Below, one piece after another: positions 46,904 through 60,234 of a stretch of 64,000 nt of DNA (the first letter of the stretch is position 1; each line of letters opens with the position of its first letter). The stretch lies in assembly GCA_964016885.1 (NCBI GenBank), contig OZ024743.1, forward strand, positions 74,276,001-74,340,000, read 5' to 3'. Under the pieces are notes generated by a model, which did not search any database, had not been told where the DNA came from, and was given only the letters and a program-made list of their open reading frames with translations. Source of the stretch: Eledone cirrhosa. Taxonomy: Eukaryota. The translations under genes were made by a program, and so were the position numbers.

Positions 46904-48580
46904 CAAAGAGATATTTAATTTGTTGGTTATTCCACAAATATATTTATAACAGATTCAAAGCACTCGACAGTTTTTTCTGGAGTATAATATCAATGATATT
47001 AATAAATGGAAACTATATTTATAAAACCACATTTATTCTATTATATATATTTCAAGGGTGCCAAAAACTTTGGTACGCTCTCATCAGATAAAATACAAAT
47101 TTGTTTTATAAATAGTGACATACCCTGGAATCAGACCTTAACAGTTTATGTTCCGTTTGGATAGTGAGAGGATAGAGGAAAAAAGAAAAAAAGAAAAAAG
47201 CGGAAGAGAGGAAAAAGAACAAATATTTCGAATTATTTTGATGAATATGCAAATGAAGTTGAAGCGTAGGGCTGAAAAAAATTGTTATTTTTGGACGCTA
47301 GGTAGATTTAAATAATTATTTGGCTATATAAAGAAGAAAGAGAAGCTTATATTAATATTAGAGTGTACGTGCATTTACAAATTAAAACGTTAAAAATTAA
47401 AATTTTGTTGAAGTGGTACAATATCAATCAAGAAATTAAATTTTTTTAAATATAACTAAAGCATGAGTTATAATATTTATATATAATCATTATAATTAGA
47501 TTAGATGTAGAATTATGGTTGTAAGTACACTTTATCTTATTATATTACAACAGGTTATAAATATATAAATATCTCTATAGATAAATAAATATATAAATAT
47601 AAATATTATTGGTCATTATATATTCTGTTATTTTTAATAGATATATAATACACATATTAATTTGTTTACATTTTCAATATATATTACGAAGGATGTTGGG
47701 TTTACATTTTAAATATATAGTTATGAAAGAGACGTAGTTCAAAATTTTAGTATAGAGGAAAACATTTTGTACATTCAAATAGTTTCATCAAAGATTGAAA
47801 ATATTTAGAGAAAATTATTAAGTTAACGAAATTACATAGAATTTAGTATATATATATTATTGTTACGAAGGATGTCTATGTTTGCTTCATTATAAAGGAA
47901 AAGATAACTCCAATATTAGTTGTTAAACTATTAACGTTAGATTTGTCGTATATTTAGAATTTACTTAGAAAATGCAGAATGTATGTAGTGTAAGATTATA
48001 AGGTATTTTATATTACATGTTTTCAAGAATGAGAATTTTAATTATATATGTATTTAGATACTATCTACGTCGATACATGTGTGAAAAGTTTAAAGGGAGA
48101 AAAAATATTATTAGAGATGTCATGAGTGTATTTAGAAAACTATCATAAAAAGAGGATATCATTCAAAATATCAATTAAAAAATATATCAATCTAAAAAAA
48201 CAATATCATTGGTAAAAATATTTAATTATGAAGAAAAAGGAAAAAAATCATTTAAAAACCCACTAAACATCGCCAGAAGCATTTTTAAAATATATAAGAT
48301 GTGGTCAAGTGAAATGAATATTATAGATTAAAAATACTTCGGAAAGTCGATTTTTGGCGATGCCTACAAGAACTGAATATCTCATTTTTTAAATTTATAG
48401 AATTTTGTCAGTTAAGTATATAAAAAATTTCTTCGATACACAAATGACAAATTCTTGAAAGAGCCATATTTCGGTATGCTGGTGCTTTCGAGATCGTTTC
48501 CCCAAGAGATTGAATAGTCGATATTATTGTCATTTAAATACCAAATTAGATGTGAAAGTGATGTGGAAGATTTTTTATCG
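46902..48580 (-). mobile_element. Penelope-like (Naiad-type) element 3' half: GIY-YIG C-terminus, AT-rich UTR, hammerhead LTR
   Basis: Minus translation across a frameshift: STSLSHLIWYLND..IDYSISW/ETISKAPAY..ICHLCIEE..YIL..NLKNEIFSSCRH. Hammerhead at 47034-47095. Ends at (TA)n. Confidence 0.75.
47034..47095 (-). ncRNA. Type I hammerhead ribozyme
   Basis: TATTTTAT-CTGATGA-GAGCGTACCAAA..TTTGGCACCCTT-GAAA-TATATA-TA-ATAGAATA. Confidence 0.8.
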
Positions 48581-48589
48581 GATCCAAAC

Positions 48590-50075
48590 AAATACCATAA
48601 CACCAAATATAAAACACAAACACATAACATCATCACAACCAAACACACATCAGAACACATCACGACAATACATCAACAAACCCAATTCTCAGCCCATGCA
48701 TAACAACATACAAACCCGTATCGAGGAACCGGCACACAGGAAAGCATCAAAATGTAACTGTCATCTACCTGATAAATGCCCATTACAAAATAGATGCCTG
48801 GAGTCAAATATAGTGTACGTATGTACTATAAATTCAGGCAACTTAGCATGGCACTACATAGGTTCGACAGCGGGGGAGTTCAAGACACAGACACTATAAA
48901 TAACAGGAAGCTTATAAATACAACGACGCTCGCCAATAAAATCTGGCAGCTCAAAGATGCAAACCAGGAATACAGAATCAGTTGGATGAAGTTATCAACG
49001 GCAATAGCCTATACAATTGGCATGTCCGACTGTGGTCTTTGTAATATGGAGCTATTCCAAATTTTAAAATACAACAAAATGCTACTTAACAACAAAATTG
49101 AAAGAACTATTTTCTATAGGCATAAAACGGCGACCAAATTCGATAATTTTAGACCAACTTAATTCAGCCCATCTATTTCATAACTCAAAGTGTACCACTT
49201 AGATCTATTATACTAACCTATTATCATCATCATTATTATTATTATTATTGTCATCATCTGTCAATGAACCAACATCATAACCTTTTATATTTTATATTTT
49301 ATACTATATTTTATATTTTATATTTTCTCTCTTTCATTTTCGATCTTTCTATTTCTCTCCCTAAATTTATTTCATCTCTTACATTTTATCTTATCGTATT
49401 ATTTTCACTTCTAATATAACTTACAATTAATTAATCAAATAATTAATTAATTATCTAATTAATTTATTAAAATAACCAATACACACATTTTATACCATCG
49501 TATCTCTATGTTTTGACCACCAACACCACAACTACTCTCAATAATCTTACTATGTTTACTTTTCTTCGCACATATAAACATTTTTTATTTATTTATTTTC
49601 ATATTTTATATTGCTTTGTATCATCCTCGATGTAACTTATTTATTAGCATTTATTCATTTATTGTTGATATTATTTTTCCCTTTATTCTTCTTTTTTTTA
49701 CTTATTATTTTGTTTATCCTTTTCTCTTCTCTTTCAAACCTCTTTTCTCGCTGTCTTTTTTCTCTATATCTTTCTCTTTTTTTCCTTTCTTCTTTTTCTT
49801 TCTTTTTTCTCTCTATCTCCCTTTCTTTTTTTTCTCTCTCTATCTTTATTATTAATATTATTTATGATGTTGTAATTTGAATTCGTAAATATTGAACATA
49901 ATTTTAACAGTTTCTCCAATGATCAGGTTAAGCTAACAACGTATTTAAAATTAAGTGGCACAGCTCCAAGTGTTCAGCAATTTTTAGACGACTTAATCAG
50001 TGAAACAATTGTTAGACTCTAAATAAAACCCTTTTTTGTACTGTTGACCATGTTATTCTTCACTCTTTCAATATA
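48590..50075 (+). mobile_element. Penelope-like (Naiad-type) element 3' half, frameshifted GIY-YIG endonuclease
   Basis: CNCHLPDKC (CxCx5C), IVY...YIGST..EFK, NTTTLANKIWQLK, ISW, CGLC..E, LLN..E...RHK. A GAAACAATTGTTA hammerhead half lies near 50002. Ends at (TA)n. Confidence 0.8.
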
Positions 50076-50082
50076 TATATAA

Positions 50083-50280
50083 AGGAAAAAGTATGACCCC
50101 GACGGCAGAGCTCAAGCCGTTTCGACGGCTATTTCTAGATTCAGTCTAGAAATAGCCGTCGAAACGGCTTGAGCTCTGCCGTCGGAGTCATACTTTTTCC
50201 TATTACCCACTCTACTACCCTAAGTATTGAGTACTCTGGTGCGTTATGGTCCATCTGGTTCCTTACCACAATTCCTTCGT
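50083..50280 (+). mobile_element. Fold-back LTR remnant built on the stem II hairpin of a hammerhead
   Basis: Palindrome ~50083-50201. The right arm reads GACGGCTATTTCTAGA..TCTAGAAATAGCCGTC-GAAA-CGGC..GCCG-TC-GGAGTC. Other pieces at 29052-29092 and 62686-62755. Confidence 0.75.
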
Positions 50281-50310
50281 TATATATATATATATACAGA
50301 GAAAGAGAGA

Positions 50311-50367
<57 letters not shown>

Positions 50368-50593
50368 GTTCGTCTTCGACCTGTTTGATTTTATCGTAGC
50401 TGTCGTATAAATATGACTACATGCATTTAGTCGCTTTTCTTGGTGTCACACTTTCTAAATTTTGTATTCGCTCTGGACGAAAATCTATTAAATGTCATTA
50501 TCATTGAGTGCTTCGTGACTGCCTTAAACAATGTGATTAGTATCTGCTATATTGCGGCTACAACTTCGATTTATACACATTATCAATATATTA

Positions 50594-50638
<45 letters not shown>

Positions 50639-50645
<7 letters not shown>

Positions 50646-53021
50646 ATAAGAAACGGAAAATCAGTGTTGCGACGAATAACATTTATTAAACATATTACAA
50701 TCGTTTCTCTGGCGACCAGCTCGAGGCACGATAGATGTAATGCTCGAACCTGACTCTGAAATTGCAAGGCCCTCAGATACATCTCGATTCTACGAAGCAG
50801 AGTTTCCAAATGTCCAGTTACATCCGCGGCCCTCACTCGGCAGCTTAGATCTTGTTGTTGTCATTCTATGAGTGGCCAAGTATTGTACACGTCATCGGCT
50901 GGTGAGATGAGGTGCAAATTGTGCCTGTCCGGGGTTATGGAGATAGTAAAACGAAAGGACGACGCAGTCAACCTCAAATCTGAAATCATCATGGCCTGCA
51001 GACACCAACGTAAATGAACGCTCTCCGCTTTAGTGATACCAGATGGGTCTATCTAAGGCACTACCGGTATGACAATGCCAGGTGGGGCGCATACAGCGGA
51101 CCACGATATGCCGCAGCATACCTATGAATGCAAGGCGGAACAAGCTGATATCAACGACAGATCTAACGATACCTACCTCGTAACATACCTTGGATAACAA
51201 CATCCCACCAACTTGGGGAGGCCGACTCAATATAAGTCTGATTTTGAATTTGAATATGAATTTTTGATTTTTAACTTTTAATTTTCGATTCGTGATGTTT
51301 AATTTGCAACTTTGATGTTGGACTTGATGTTGGTCTTAAGGTTAATGTTGCAGTTAATTCTAACTTACTTTACCTGCCGTTGCTATATATACGCCTAAAA
51401 CGCAAGCCGCTGGTATATTCCACTTATGCATTCATCCCATGTACATTTCATATATACTATTATGAAAAGGATGTTCTACACATTCACAATATATATAACT
51501 TGTTTGTATATGCACACACGGTCCCCTGTGTCCACCAGTAATGAAACCTGTCTCATGTGCACGCTCTTACCCAGTCCCTTGGATCGTGAGTCCTTCTGTA
51601 TCTTATATAACTCTATGCACCACAGTCCTCAAGTATTTTTATGCAACTTTATGCACATCCCAATAATGTCCGGGTGGCGGGAACAGATACTCCTCTGCAT
51701 CTTTTTCCAGTATTTTATTTTATCTTATTTTATTTTATTTTATTTTATTTTATTTTATTTTATGTACGTACACGCATTTATATATGCCCCCCATGTTATC
51801 TGTGATTAGTGCATGGCTACTACGTAGCTATTACATTTATGCATATTGTGCATGTACTTTCAGGCTTGTATCGCCACATGAATGGGTTGGGTCCAAGTAT
51901 GTTGTCTCATATAATAATTTATGCGCCATGTGCACAGTTGCGTGGGTCTGTGGATATGTAGGTATTCATCAATATGTGCTTTTTTTATAGATGTATAAGC
52001 ATCCCCATGCGCGGGTATATATATGTATGTGTGTCTACGCACATATGCATACATGCATGTGTATACATGTCTGGGTGGATGTATGTGTATGAACTAATCT
52101 GTGTAGGTGTATGCATGTGTATGTGTGGATCTTCCATTTTTTCATCTGTATATATGTGCAGCGTCTTAAGTATATATGCTTTCCTGAGTACAGTGTGTGT
52201 GTAGATATGCGTACATTTATCAAAAATACATTTGAAATAACTTTTTTGAAAGGATATTTCAAGCATTCTTTTAAAAACGTTCTTCTTACAGGGGTTTTCT
52301 TTTTGAAATGTGTGTTTTTTAAGGTATTTTGAGGGTGTGTTTTTCTGAAACGTTCTGTTAAATGTTTTTCCATTTTTTTAAAAGTTATTTCTAAGTATTC
52401 GCTGCACATTCAATATCTAATGTGATTGTCGCATATAATACAGTCGCGGGTGTGTACGTGATCACTGTGGGTCTATAAGAGCCCGTATGAATCACGCCTG
52501 CGGGAAATATGGACATGGGTGAGGGAGCCGACAGGTTGAGAAGGCGGCGACAGGGCGCCAGCGGTTCAATCATACAAGCCCTTACCCCCAACAGTAGTAA
52601 TTCCGATTTTAAAAACAATTTTGATTGACAGGTGACGAATGAAAGGAACCAAATATAGGACGGCCATGAGTGGTCAAAAATATCGATAACGTGTACAATT
52701 ATTGGCCACTCATGGAATGACAACTCATGGAATAGGATCTAAGCTGCCGAGTGAGGGCCGCGGGTGTAACTGGGCATTTGTAAACTCTGCTTCGTAGAAT
52801 CGAGACGTATCTGAGGACCTTGCGATTTCAGAGTCAGGTTCGATCATTACAACGATCGTGCCTCGAGCTGGTCGCCAGAGAAACGATTGTAATATGTCTA
52901 ATAAATGTTATTCGTCGCAACACTGATTCTCTGTTTCTTATGTGATATCATACTCTGCTCTGTAAGAGCATCGAGTGCTCAAACGGCCTACCGCTTACGG
53001 ACGCTTTAAGCATCCCACAAC

Positions 53022-53025
<4 letters not shown>
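50639..53025. mobile_element. 2.4 kb non-coding element with ~210 bp inverted hammerhead-bearing termini, inside (TA)n
   Basis: 50639-50851 is inverted at 52736-52948. Plus-strand motif AGACGTAT-CTGAGGA-(~60 nt stem II)-GAAA-CGATTG-TA-ATATGTCT (52803-52899). Confidence 0.8.
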
Positions 53026-53078
<53 letters not shown>

Positions 53079-53079
<1 letters not shown>

Positions 53080-54028
53080 CACCTGATGGGATGACAGAAT
53101 TCTTTGAGATAATGGCTGGAGTGCTACAGGGAGATACATTGGCTCCCTACCTTTTTATCATCGTAGTGGACTATTGTATGCGCCTTGCACTGGAGAACAC
53201 CAGGACTCTGGCTTTACTGTAGCACCGGCTCAGAGCAGGAGAGTTAAGGCGAAAAAGGTATCAGATGCTGAATTTGCCGACGACATAGTTTTGGTGACAA
53301 ATACAGTGAAGGAGGCAGAGGATTTGATGCAGGAGGTTGAGACTGTGTCGATGAGTGTGGGACTGAGAATGAATGAGACTAAAACAAAATATCTGGTAGA
53401 GAATGTTGAGAAGCCAGACGGGATCACTAATGTAGGCGGGAAGCCGCTAGAATTGGTTGAGGACTTCCTGTATTTGGGAGCAAAGATTGGGAATACGGAA
53501 GATGATGTGGTTGAAAGGAAGAGCAAAGCCTGGGCGGCGTGCCACAGCTTGAGATCAGTGTGGAAGTTGGACCTTCATAAAGACCTGAAAATCCGTCTCT
53601 TCATTGCTGTAGTGGAGTCTGTGCTGCTGTACGGGTCTGAGACTTGGACACTGACCAAGAAACTCACTCAGATGGTGGATGGGTGCTACACGAGAATGCT
53701 GAGGATGGCTGTGAAAATTAATCAGTATACACTGAGGATGAAAAACTCAGAGCTGTATGGGAGCATCCCAAAAGTCAGCTCAAAAGTGACACAGAGGAGA
53801 CTGAGGTTAGCTGGACATGCTCACCGACATCCAGAGTTGACATTGCACTCAGTGCTCCTGTGGGAGCTCCTACATGGACACACTGGAAGAGGAGACCAAG
53901 GTTAACGTATGTTGATGCCCTAAGGATAGACACTGGTCTGTTGGAGACGCAGGACATGGCAGCCATAATGAGGGACAGAGACCGCTGGAGAGAACTCGTC
54001 CATGAATCTCGGAAATTTTACCCGCCCT
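53079..54028 (+). mobile_element. RTE-clade LINE (different family), 5'-truncated, flanked by (TA)n
   Basis: GVLQGDTLAPYLF, EFADD, FLYLG, LLYGSETW, RRLRLAGH. Confidence 0.88.
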
Positions 54029-54056
54029 AGATATATATATATATATATATATATCC

Positions 54057-54196
54057 AGGGAGTGTTGTATTGCCACAACAGAGGCCCGATGAGTTTTTGA
54101 ATTCAGAGTCGGGCCAGATCAATACAGATCGAACCTGATCAATAGCGAAACGTGCGTCACCAGTCAATAAACGTAATAAAGGCTTAACAAATCGTC

Positions 54197-54200
<4 letters not shown>
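54057..54200 (+). mobile_element. Solo Penelope-like LTR fragment with a hammerhead-like motif, between (TA)n tracts
   Basis: GGC-CCGATGA-...-GAAA-CGTGCG-TC-ACC (54083-54161). Homologous to the 7496-7741 arms. Confidence 0.65.
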
Positions 54201-54292
<92 letters not shown>

Positions 54293-54689
54293 CATCCACA
54301 CATATTTTTAGCTAATATTATGTTTTAGAATAGAAACAATTATGTTTTAGAAGAGTGTAATGGGGGAGTTGGCTGGCAAAACAGTGCACTGGCTTTGACA
54401 CTTTACCACATCCCCTTATAAACTTCTTCTAAAACATCTCTATAGTGTCAACGTCAGTGTTCTAAATCAATACATATTACATCCTCAATATAGAAACTAA
54501 AAACATTTACTAAAAACTACAAAGTTAATCGGAGAGTAAAATAATTCTATAACTCAAGGTGATATTTCATTGGCACAACGCTCTAGCTAATACTAAGAAA
54601 TTAACAATTACATTATAGAATTACTAGCAGAAAAACCACCCTTCGTGTGGTTTTCTGCTAGCATGTATAGTGTGTATATTGATATTATA

Positions 54690-55015
54690 TGTGTGTGTAA
54701 AGAAAAGGAATGACCACGGTATTTGTATCTAGAAAGTTCCTCTCCGAAGCACAAGTCTGGGTAAGATTGTGTGTGGAAGACCAGCAGTCGACCATACATA
54801 CCAGTCTCCCCTCTCTACGCCACCGATGTTGTCCAAGGGAAAGACAATGGCTGATACAGCTTGGCACCACTGACGTCACATTTCATTTCTACAGCTGAAT
54901 AAACTGGAGCAACGTGAAATAAAGTGTCTTGCTCAAAAATACAGCAACGAAAATCGAACTCGCAACCTCACGATTGTAAGCCCAATGCTCTAGCCACTAA
55001 GCCATGCACCTTCAC
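54690..55015 (-). mobile_element. tRNA-derived CORE-like SINE
   Basis: Minus strand GAAGGTGCATGGCTTAGTGG...GTTGCGAGTTCGATT...TTGAGCAAGACACTTTATTTCACG. Homologous to 56320-56524. Confidence 0.75.
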
Positions 55016-55795
55016 GATATTGTGCGAAAAATTTGTGATATTCCTGAAATGAGCTAACCCCTGATATGGTTTATGCTGTGTATAAATCAAATATACTATT
55101 ATAAAAGGAAGAGGGCTCAACATTTTAGTGACGACTCTCACCCCAACGGAACGGAAGAAAGAAATAGACTCTTTCTCCTATCAAATGGAATATAGTGAAA
55201 ATACCATTGAGAAATGTAAAATATTTTTTGACGAGACTGATAGTTTTACAGCCAGAGGTCATTACAACTTCAGCAGCTATTAAAAGATATTCATCTTTCC
55301 GACAGATTATCATACAAACAGGCGCTACTCCATCGATTAGCTTCTGTAGCCAGGCACATTAAGGCAGAATGAGTCGTCCAATGTTTAACCAGCAGTACGG
55401 AGACACTCTTTCTATGAAAAGTAACAGATTTACAGCCAAAAGCCACAGCAACATCTGCAGCTATACATCCGACGATCATGTTATGAATAACACAAGAATC
55501 AACACCTTTGCAGCCATAAGCTATTGATACTTCATCGGTAACATATCTTTAGAGAGAACACCAGCCTCAGTGCCGAACACAACCTCTAAATCATTTTATG
55601 AGTCTCTTTTTAAAGATTTTCAAAATTATCAGACAAGTTTAGGCTGATAATAATAATTTTTTAAACATTTTTCCCCCTTTTCGCAACGTAAGGTTACCTA
55701 CTAACCTAACGAATGTTATAGGAGCATTAATTAATAAGTACCACTATGTTTAATGTATTTTCTAAATAAATTACTCATTTTACTTTGCGTGTACC

Positions 55796-55834
<39 letters not shown>

Positions 55835-55852
55835 ACACACACACACACACAG

Positions 55853-55909
<57 letters not shown>

Positions 55910-56236
55910 GGAAAACGAAGAACCAGTGATGCATCGAAACACAAGAAACACAATTTATTAACGTATTACGATTGTTTCTCCGGCGAACAGCACGAGGTGC
56001 GATCTATTCGTGGATCGCACCTGACTCTGGATTCGCAAGTTCCTTAGATACGTCTAGCGACTTCGAAACAAATCCTCTTTCTGTTGGACTCCGACCCATA
56101 GAATTTCTTTCATCTGCCATCATCCTGTTTGCGCGGCCCGTCAATTGTAATACGTAATAAATTGTGTCTCTGTTTCGATGCATCACAGAGTGCTCAACCG
56201 GCATGCCGCCTATGGAAGCATCCAAGCAACTTTACC

Positions 56237-56241
<5 letters not shown>
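55910..56241. mobile_element. Fold-back LTR module of the 50639-53025 family, with a G5A-mutated hammerhead (55961-56053, minus)
   Basis: Minus strand ACGTAT-CTAAGGA-...-GAAA-CAATCG-TA-ATACGT. The inverted arm at ~56148-56186 is followed by GAGTGCT and (TA)n. Confidence 0.7.
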
Positions 56242-56305
<64 letters not shown>

Positions 56306-56319
56306 GACAGTAGATTGAC

Positions 56320-56524
56320 TTTCGTCAAATCGGACCGAGGAAACAATGTTTCCATTGGTCTTTCCAATTGCTAATACTATCTATCGGTCGCAACTCCAGG
56401 TAGAAGAGCAACGTGAAATAAAGTGTCTTGCTCAAGGACATAACGCATCACCCGGTCCAGGAATCGAACTCACAACCTCACGATTGAGAGTTCAATTCTC
56501 TTACCACTCAGCCACGCGCCTTCA
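56320..56524 (-). mobile_element. tRNA-derived CORE-like SINE
   Basis: A-box GTGGCTGAGTGG, B-box GAGTTCGATTCC, and GTCCTTGAGCAAGACACTT. Confidence 0.8.
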
Positions 56525-56684
56525 CTATACACACACACACACACACACACATACACATATATATATAATGTAGGAGGTGAGTTTTATTGTAGAACAATAA
56601 AACTATGCATATATCAGATAAGTAGCACTCAACAGTTGGAGTATATATAAGAAAAAGTTAAAAGATGGTAAAAAAAGTTCCATA

Positions 56685-56755
56685 TATTTTATTATGCGCA
56701 TTTCAAAAACAAATATCATCCTGGGACGATAGTTGCGTTCTCATCAGATAAAATA
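56685..56755 (-). ncRNA. Type I hammerhead ribozyme in a Penelope-like LTR
   Basis: TATTTTAT-CTGATGA-GAAC..GTTTTT-GAAA-TGCGCA-TA-ATAAAATA, with 8-bp stem I. Downstream TTGAGTGCT and (TA)n. Confidence 0.82.
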
Positions 56756-57333
56756 AGGTAACATATGATGACTAAAAAAACACTTGTCAACGCTTTTTTC
56801 TACGCTTAAATAATTATAACATTTTCCTTTATTTACTTGGTGGATTAAAATAATATTTAAATATTTAAATAGTTTTCCCACATATATAATTTTTTAATAT
56901 ATAATTTTTAATTTTTTATATATAATCTATAATTTTTAATAGTAAATTTTTAATTTTTGACATGGTTTGACTACTCTTATTTATTTTTTTCTACACATAT
57001 ATATTTTTTCACATAAATATCTCTTCACACATTTTTCTCACATTTTTTAATTACACTCTATTTAAACAAACTATGACATTATATTGTCTTCTACGCTTAT
57101 AAATCATTTAATTTTATTTTACTTTATTTTATTTTAATAATACATTTTCACACCTCTTAATCAATTGTTTTAGTATATAAACGCTAAATAAATAATATAC
57201 CTAGTTTCTATATCTGTTTTTAAGCACATAAACCTCATCAATTTATTTATTTATTTATTTCGTAGCCGTATATACTTTTTTAGCCGTTATTCACAGCTGT
57301 TTTTCAGTTTTGACAGCGTTTCCCGATTAAAAG

Positions 57334-57415
<82 letters not shown>

Positions 57416-57573
57416 TCTCTCTCCCCCTTCCTTCTTAAATTTTTCCTCCGTTATTTTCTCCTTTTTCTTTTTCGCTCTTCCTTTTTTTTTCCAATCTTCT
57501 CTCTCCTTTTATATTTTTTTATCATATGTTGACTTGACACTTTCTTGTTCACAAGTGTTTTTTAGGTATCATA

Positions 57574-57851
57574 TTTAGCAACCATCGTAGCCCTTTTGTT
57601 CAACACTGACAAAGTAACAATGTACTAGTTTCAAGCTTATTAGCTATCGTCAGCAAAGTATAACTTCCTGCCAGATGATTGAATGTCTGAAAGTATATAC
57701 TTTCCTTATGCATATTAACGGAAAGTATATACTTTCAGACGTTCAATCATTTGGCAGGAAGGTATACGGTGCTGACGATAGCTAATAAGCTTGCAACTAG
57801 TACATCGTTCCTTTGTCAGTGTTGAACAAAAGGGCAACGATGGTTGCCAAA
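57574..57851. mobile_element. ~130-bp-arm fold-back with a hammerhead in each arm
   Basis: Plus arm CGGTG-CTGACGA-TAGC..GCTT-GCAA-CTAG-TA-CATCG (57767-57807). The minus arm retains GAAA. Confidence 0.78.
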
Positions 57852-58189
57852 CACTGTACGGCTTAATTCGGGATGATTGTTTACAAACACACCGAGCATT
57901 ATAATACATGTTCGGTGAATCCATACGTACATATATATATGTGTGCATGTATGTATATATATATACATTCTACTGTACGTCTGTATATATATATGTATGT
58001 ACGTATACATACTTATATTTAAGTAACAGCCGTACTAAGAGTGAGAAATGAAATTTCGTTTCATTTTTTCCATTTTAATTATATTTTAGGTGAATTTCGA
58101 CATACTTAATAATTGATGTATGCTCTTTAATAATGTTCTACTTATTTCAGACAGAAAACATTCATGAAGCATATGTGCCCTTAATTATG

Positions 58190-58749
58190 AACATGACAAA
58201 AAAGGACCTTCGCCTACTTTTCTTGCATGAGTTCAAGCTTGGGCACAATGCTTCCCAAACAGCTGCCAATATCAACAGAGCATGGAGAGAAGGGTCCACA
58301 TGGAATCGTACAGTACGAAGGTGGTTTCAGAAATTCCGTAGTGGTGATGAGAGCCTTGAAGATAAAGAAGGCAGATGACGGTCATGCAATCTTGACAATG
58401 AACAATTAAAAGCAATTGTTGAACAAAACCTACATCAAAGTGTCAGAGAAATGTCTCACGGTTTGGTGTCGGTATTGCAACGGTCTCACGCCATCTGCAG
58501 AAGATTGGTAAGCTGGATAAATGGGTACCGCATGAGCTCAATGAAAATCAAAAAGTTCGGCGTTTTGAAGTGTGCTCAATGCTCTTTCTGCGAAGCACCA
58601 ATGATCCTTTTCTTGACCGAATAGTCAATAGGCAGAGATGCATAGATCTTCACGGCTCATACTTTGACTAATCAAAGCATTTCTGTTGTTAATTTTTCCA
58701 GAATAAAATTGTTTCTGAAATAGGCCATTATTTTCGGAACAACCTAATA
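58190..58749 (+). mobile_element. mariner (Hsmar/Mos1-like) internally deleted remnant
   Basis: HTH region RLLFLHEFKLGHNASQTAANIN...TVRRWFQKFRSGD, WVPHEL motif at ~58522, and right TIR GGCCATTATTTTCGGAACAACCTAA followed by TA. Confidence 0.9.
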
Positions 58750-58795
58750 CTTTCATTGAGATATCTAAGTATTAGAGAGAGTTAACTTTGTAAAT

Positions 58796-59018
<223 letters not shown>

Positions 59019-59039
59019 TATTTAATAGGTTCAGGCGGC

Positions 59040-59190
59040 AAATTAGATCGTCGGAATGAAAGCTTTTTTGCGGTACTGGTCCTGGGTGTCTTAGTTCTGA
59101 GTTCAAATACTGCCGAGGTCAACTTAACTTAACCTTTCATCCTTTCGAAGTTGATCAATACAATTCCATCTAGTACTCTGGTCGATTCTT
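59040..59190 (+). mobile_element. Degraded SINE
   Basis: TTCTGAGTTCAAAT...GAGGTCAAC...CCTTTCATCCTTTCG. Confidence 0.6.
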
Positions 59191-59319
59191 TCTTTCACTG
59201 GAAGAATTCAACTGGAGAGGGACGAGCTCTGCCACTTTAAATCACAGCCTCGCTACGACTCTCTCGGGATTTAAAGGTTCATAGATGAATGAACGTATAA
59301 TGACAATAACTCAGAGGTT

Positions 59320-59359
59320 GTCTTTACATGTTTAACATCTAGTCGTCTCATCAGTAGAT
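59320..59359 (-). ncRNA. Degenerate hammerhead (G12 lost)
   Basis: ATCTA-CTGATGA-GAC..GTT-AAA-CATG-TA-AAGAC. Confidence 0.5.
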
Positions 59360-60197
59360 AAATATTCTTATACTTACAACGAAGAGAACCGAATGCAAAT
59401 GACTATTTATGTCCAACATAAACTAGTTATTAACTGAAATTGCCCTTCTAAATTGCACACTGCTTATTTATTTAGCAAGGTAATAAGTTAACTAAAGAAT
59501 ATGTATGCATATCACTGCATGTTAGAAAAATCGACTTAACTTTCACATTTTAGTCTATAAATCTTAGATTATCTTAGATTAATACAAGAAAACATCAAAA
59601 CAGATGAAACTCATATATCTCCTTCAACAAAGTTCTCTTTTAAAATAGCTAGTTGTTAATCACAGAATAAAGAAATATATAATAAAAACAAGATTACCTA
59701 TATATCATTACATTTTGATGGGTAAGACTGGATTAGTCAACTTGCCTAGGTAAATTCTTAAGTTTATCTTTACATTACATTTGTTTCTAGAGAGGCAGCT
59801 AGTATGAGGGGTTCTTTCTACCGTTTAAAAAGGTTCATTTTGCACTATACACTGCCTTGGTAAAATTCTATCACATCATTGAGATAACCTGTAGATTGTT
59901 TGTGGAATTTAGGGGATAAAAACTGCACAGAAACGCGTTGCATATGTGAGTGGTGAGTGTGTCTGCCTGTGCGTGAATATGTGTTGTATATGTATGTGTT
60001 TACATAATATATAAATGTACAAGTATATATATATATATATATATATTGTTATATTTGGGGAGGGTCATATTTGCGTAATATTGCCAGAATTAATAACAGA
60101 ACACACTCACTGTTTGGTTGGTTTTCGCTTCTCGCTGTCTTATATATATATATATATCTGCGATCTAACTTACTGCGATCTAACTAATTCATCGCCG

Positions 60198-60234
<37 letters not shown>

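Noticed and set aside
48750-49162. Selenocysteine-coding Naiad endonuclease
   Set aside because: The visible conserved Cys positions use TGT/TGC; no in-frame TGA at those sites.
50639-52948. Class II TIR transposon or MITE
   Set aside because: The ends are asymmetric, contain hammerhead motifs and a one-sided tail, and there is no transposase. An inverted Penelope-type LTR explains it better.
55125-55600. Possible host exon or transposase fragment
   Set aside because: Only short ORFs with no recognisable motif; cannot be supported without a search.
56440-56524. tRNA gene
   Set aside because: The A/B boxes belong to a SINE head continuing into a CORE-like body; there is no complete cloverleaf.
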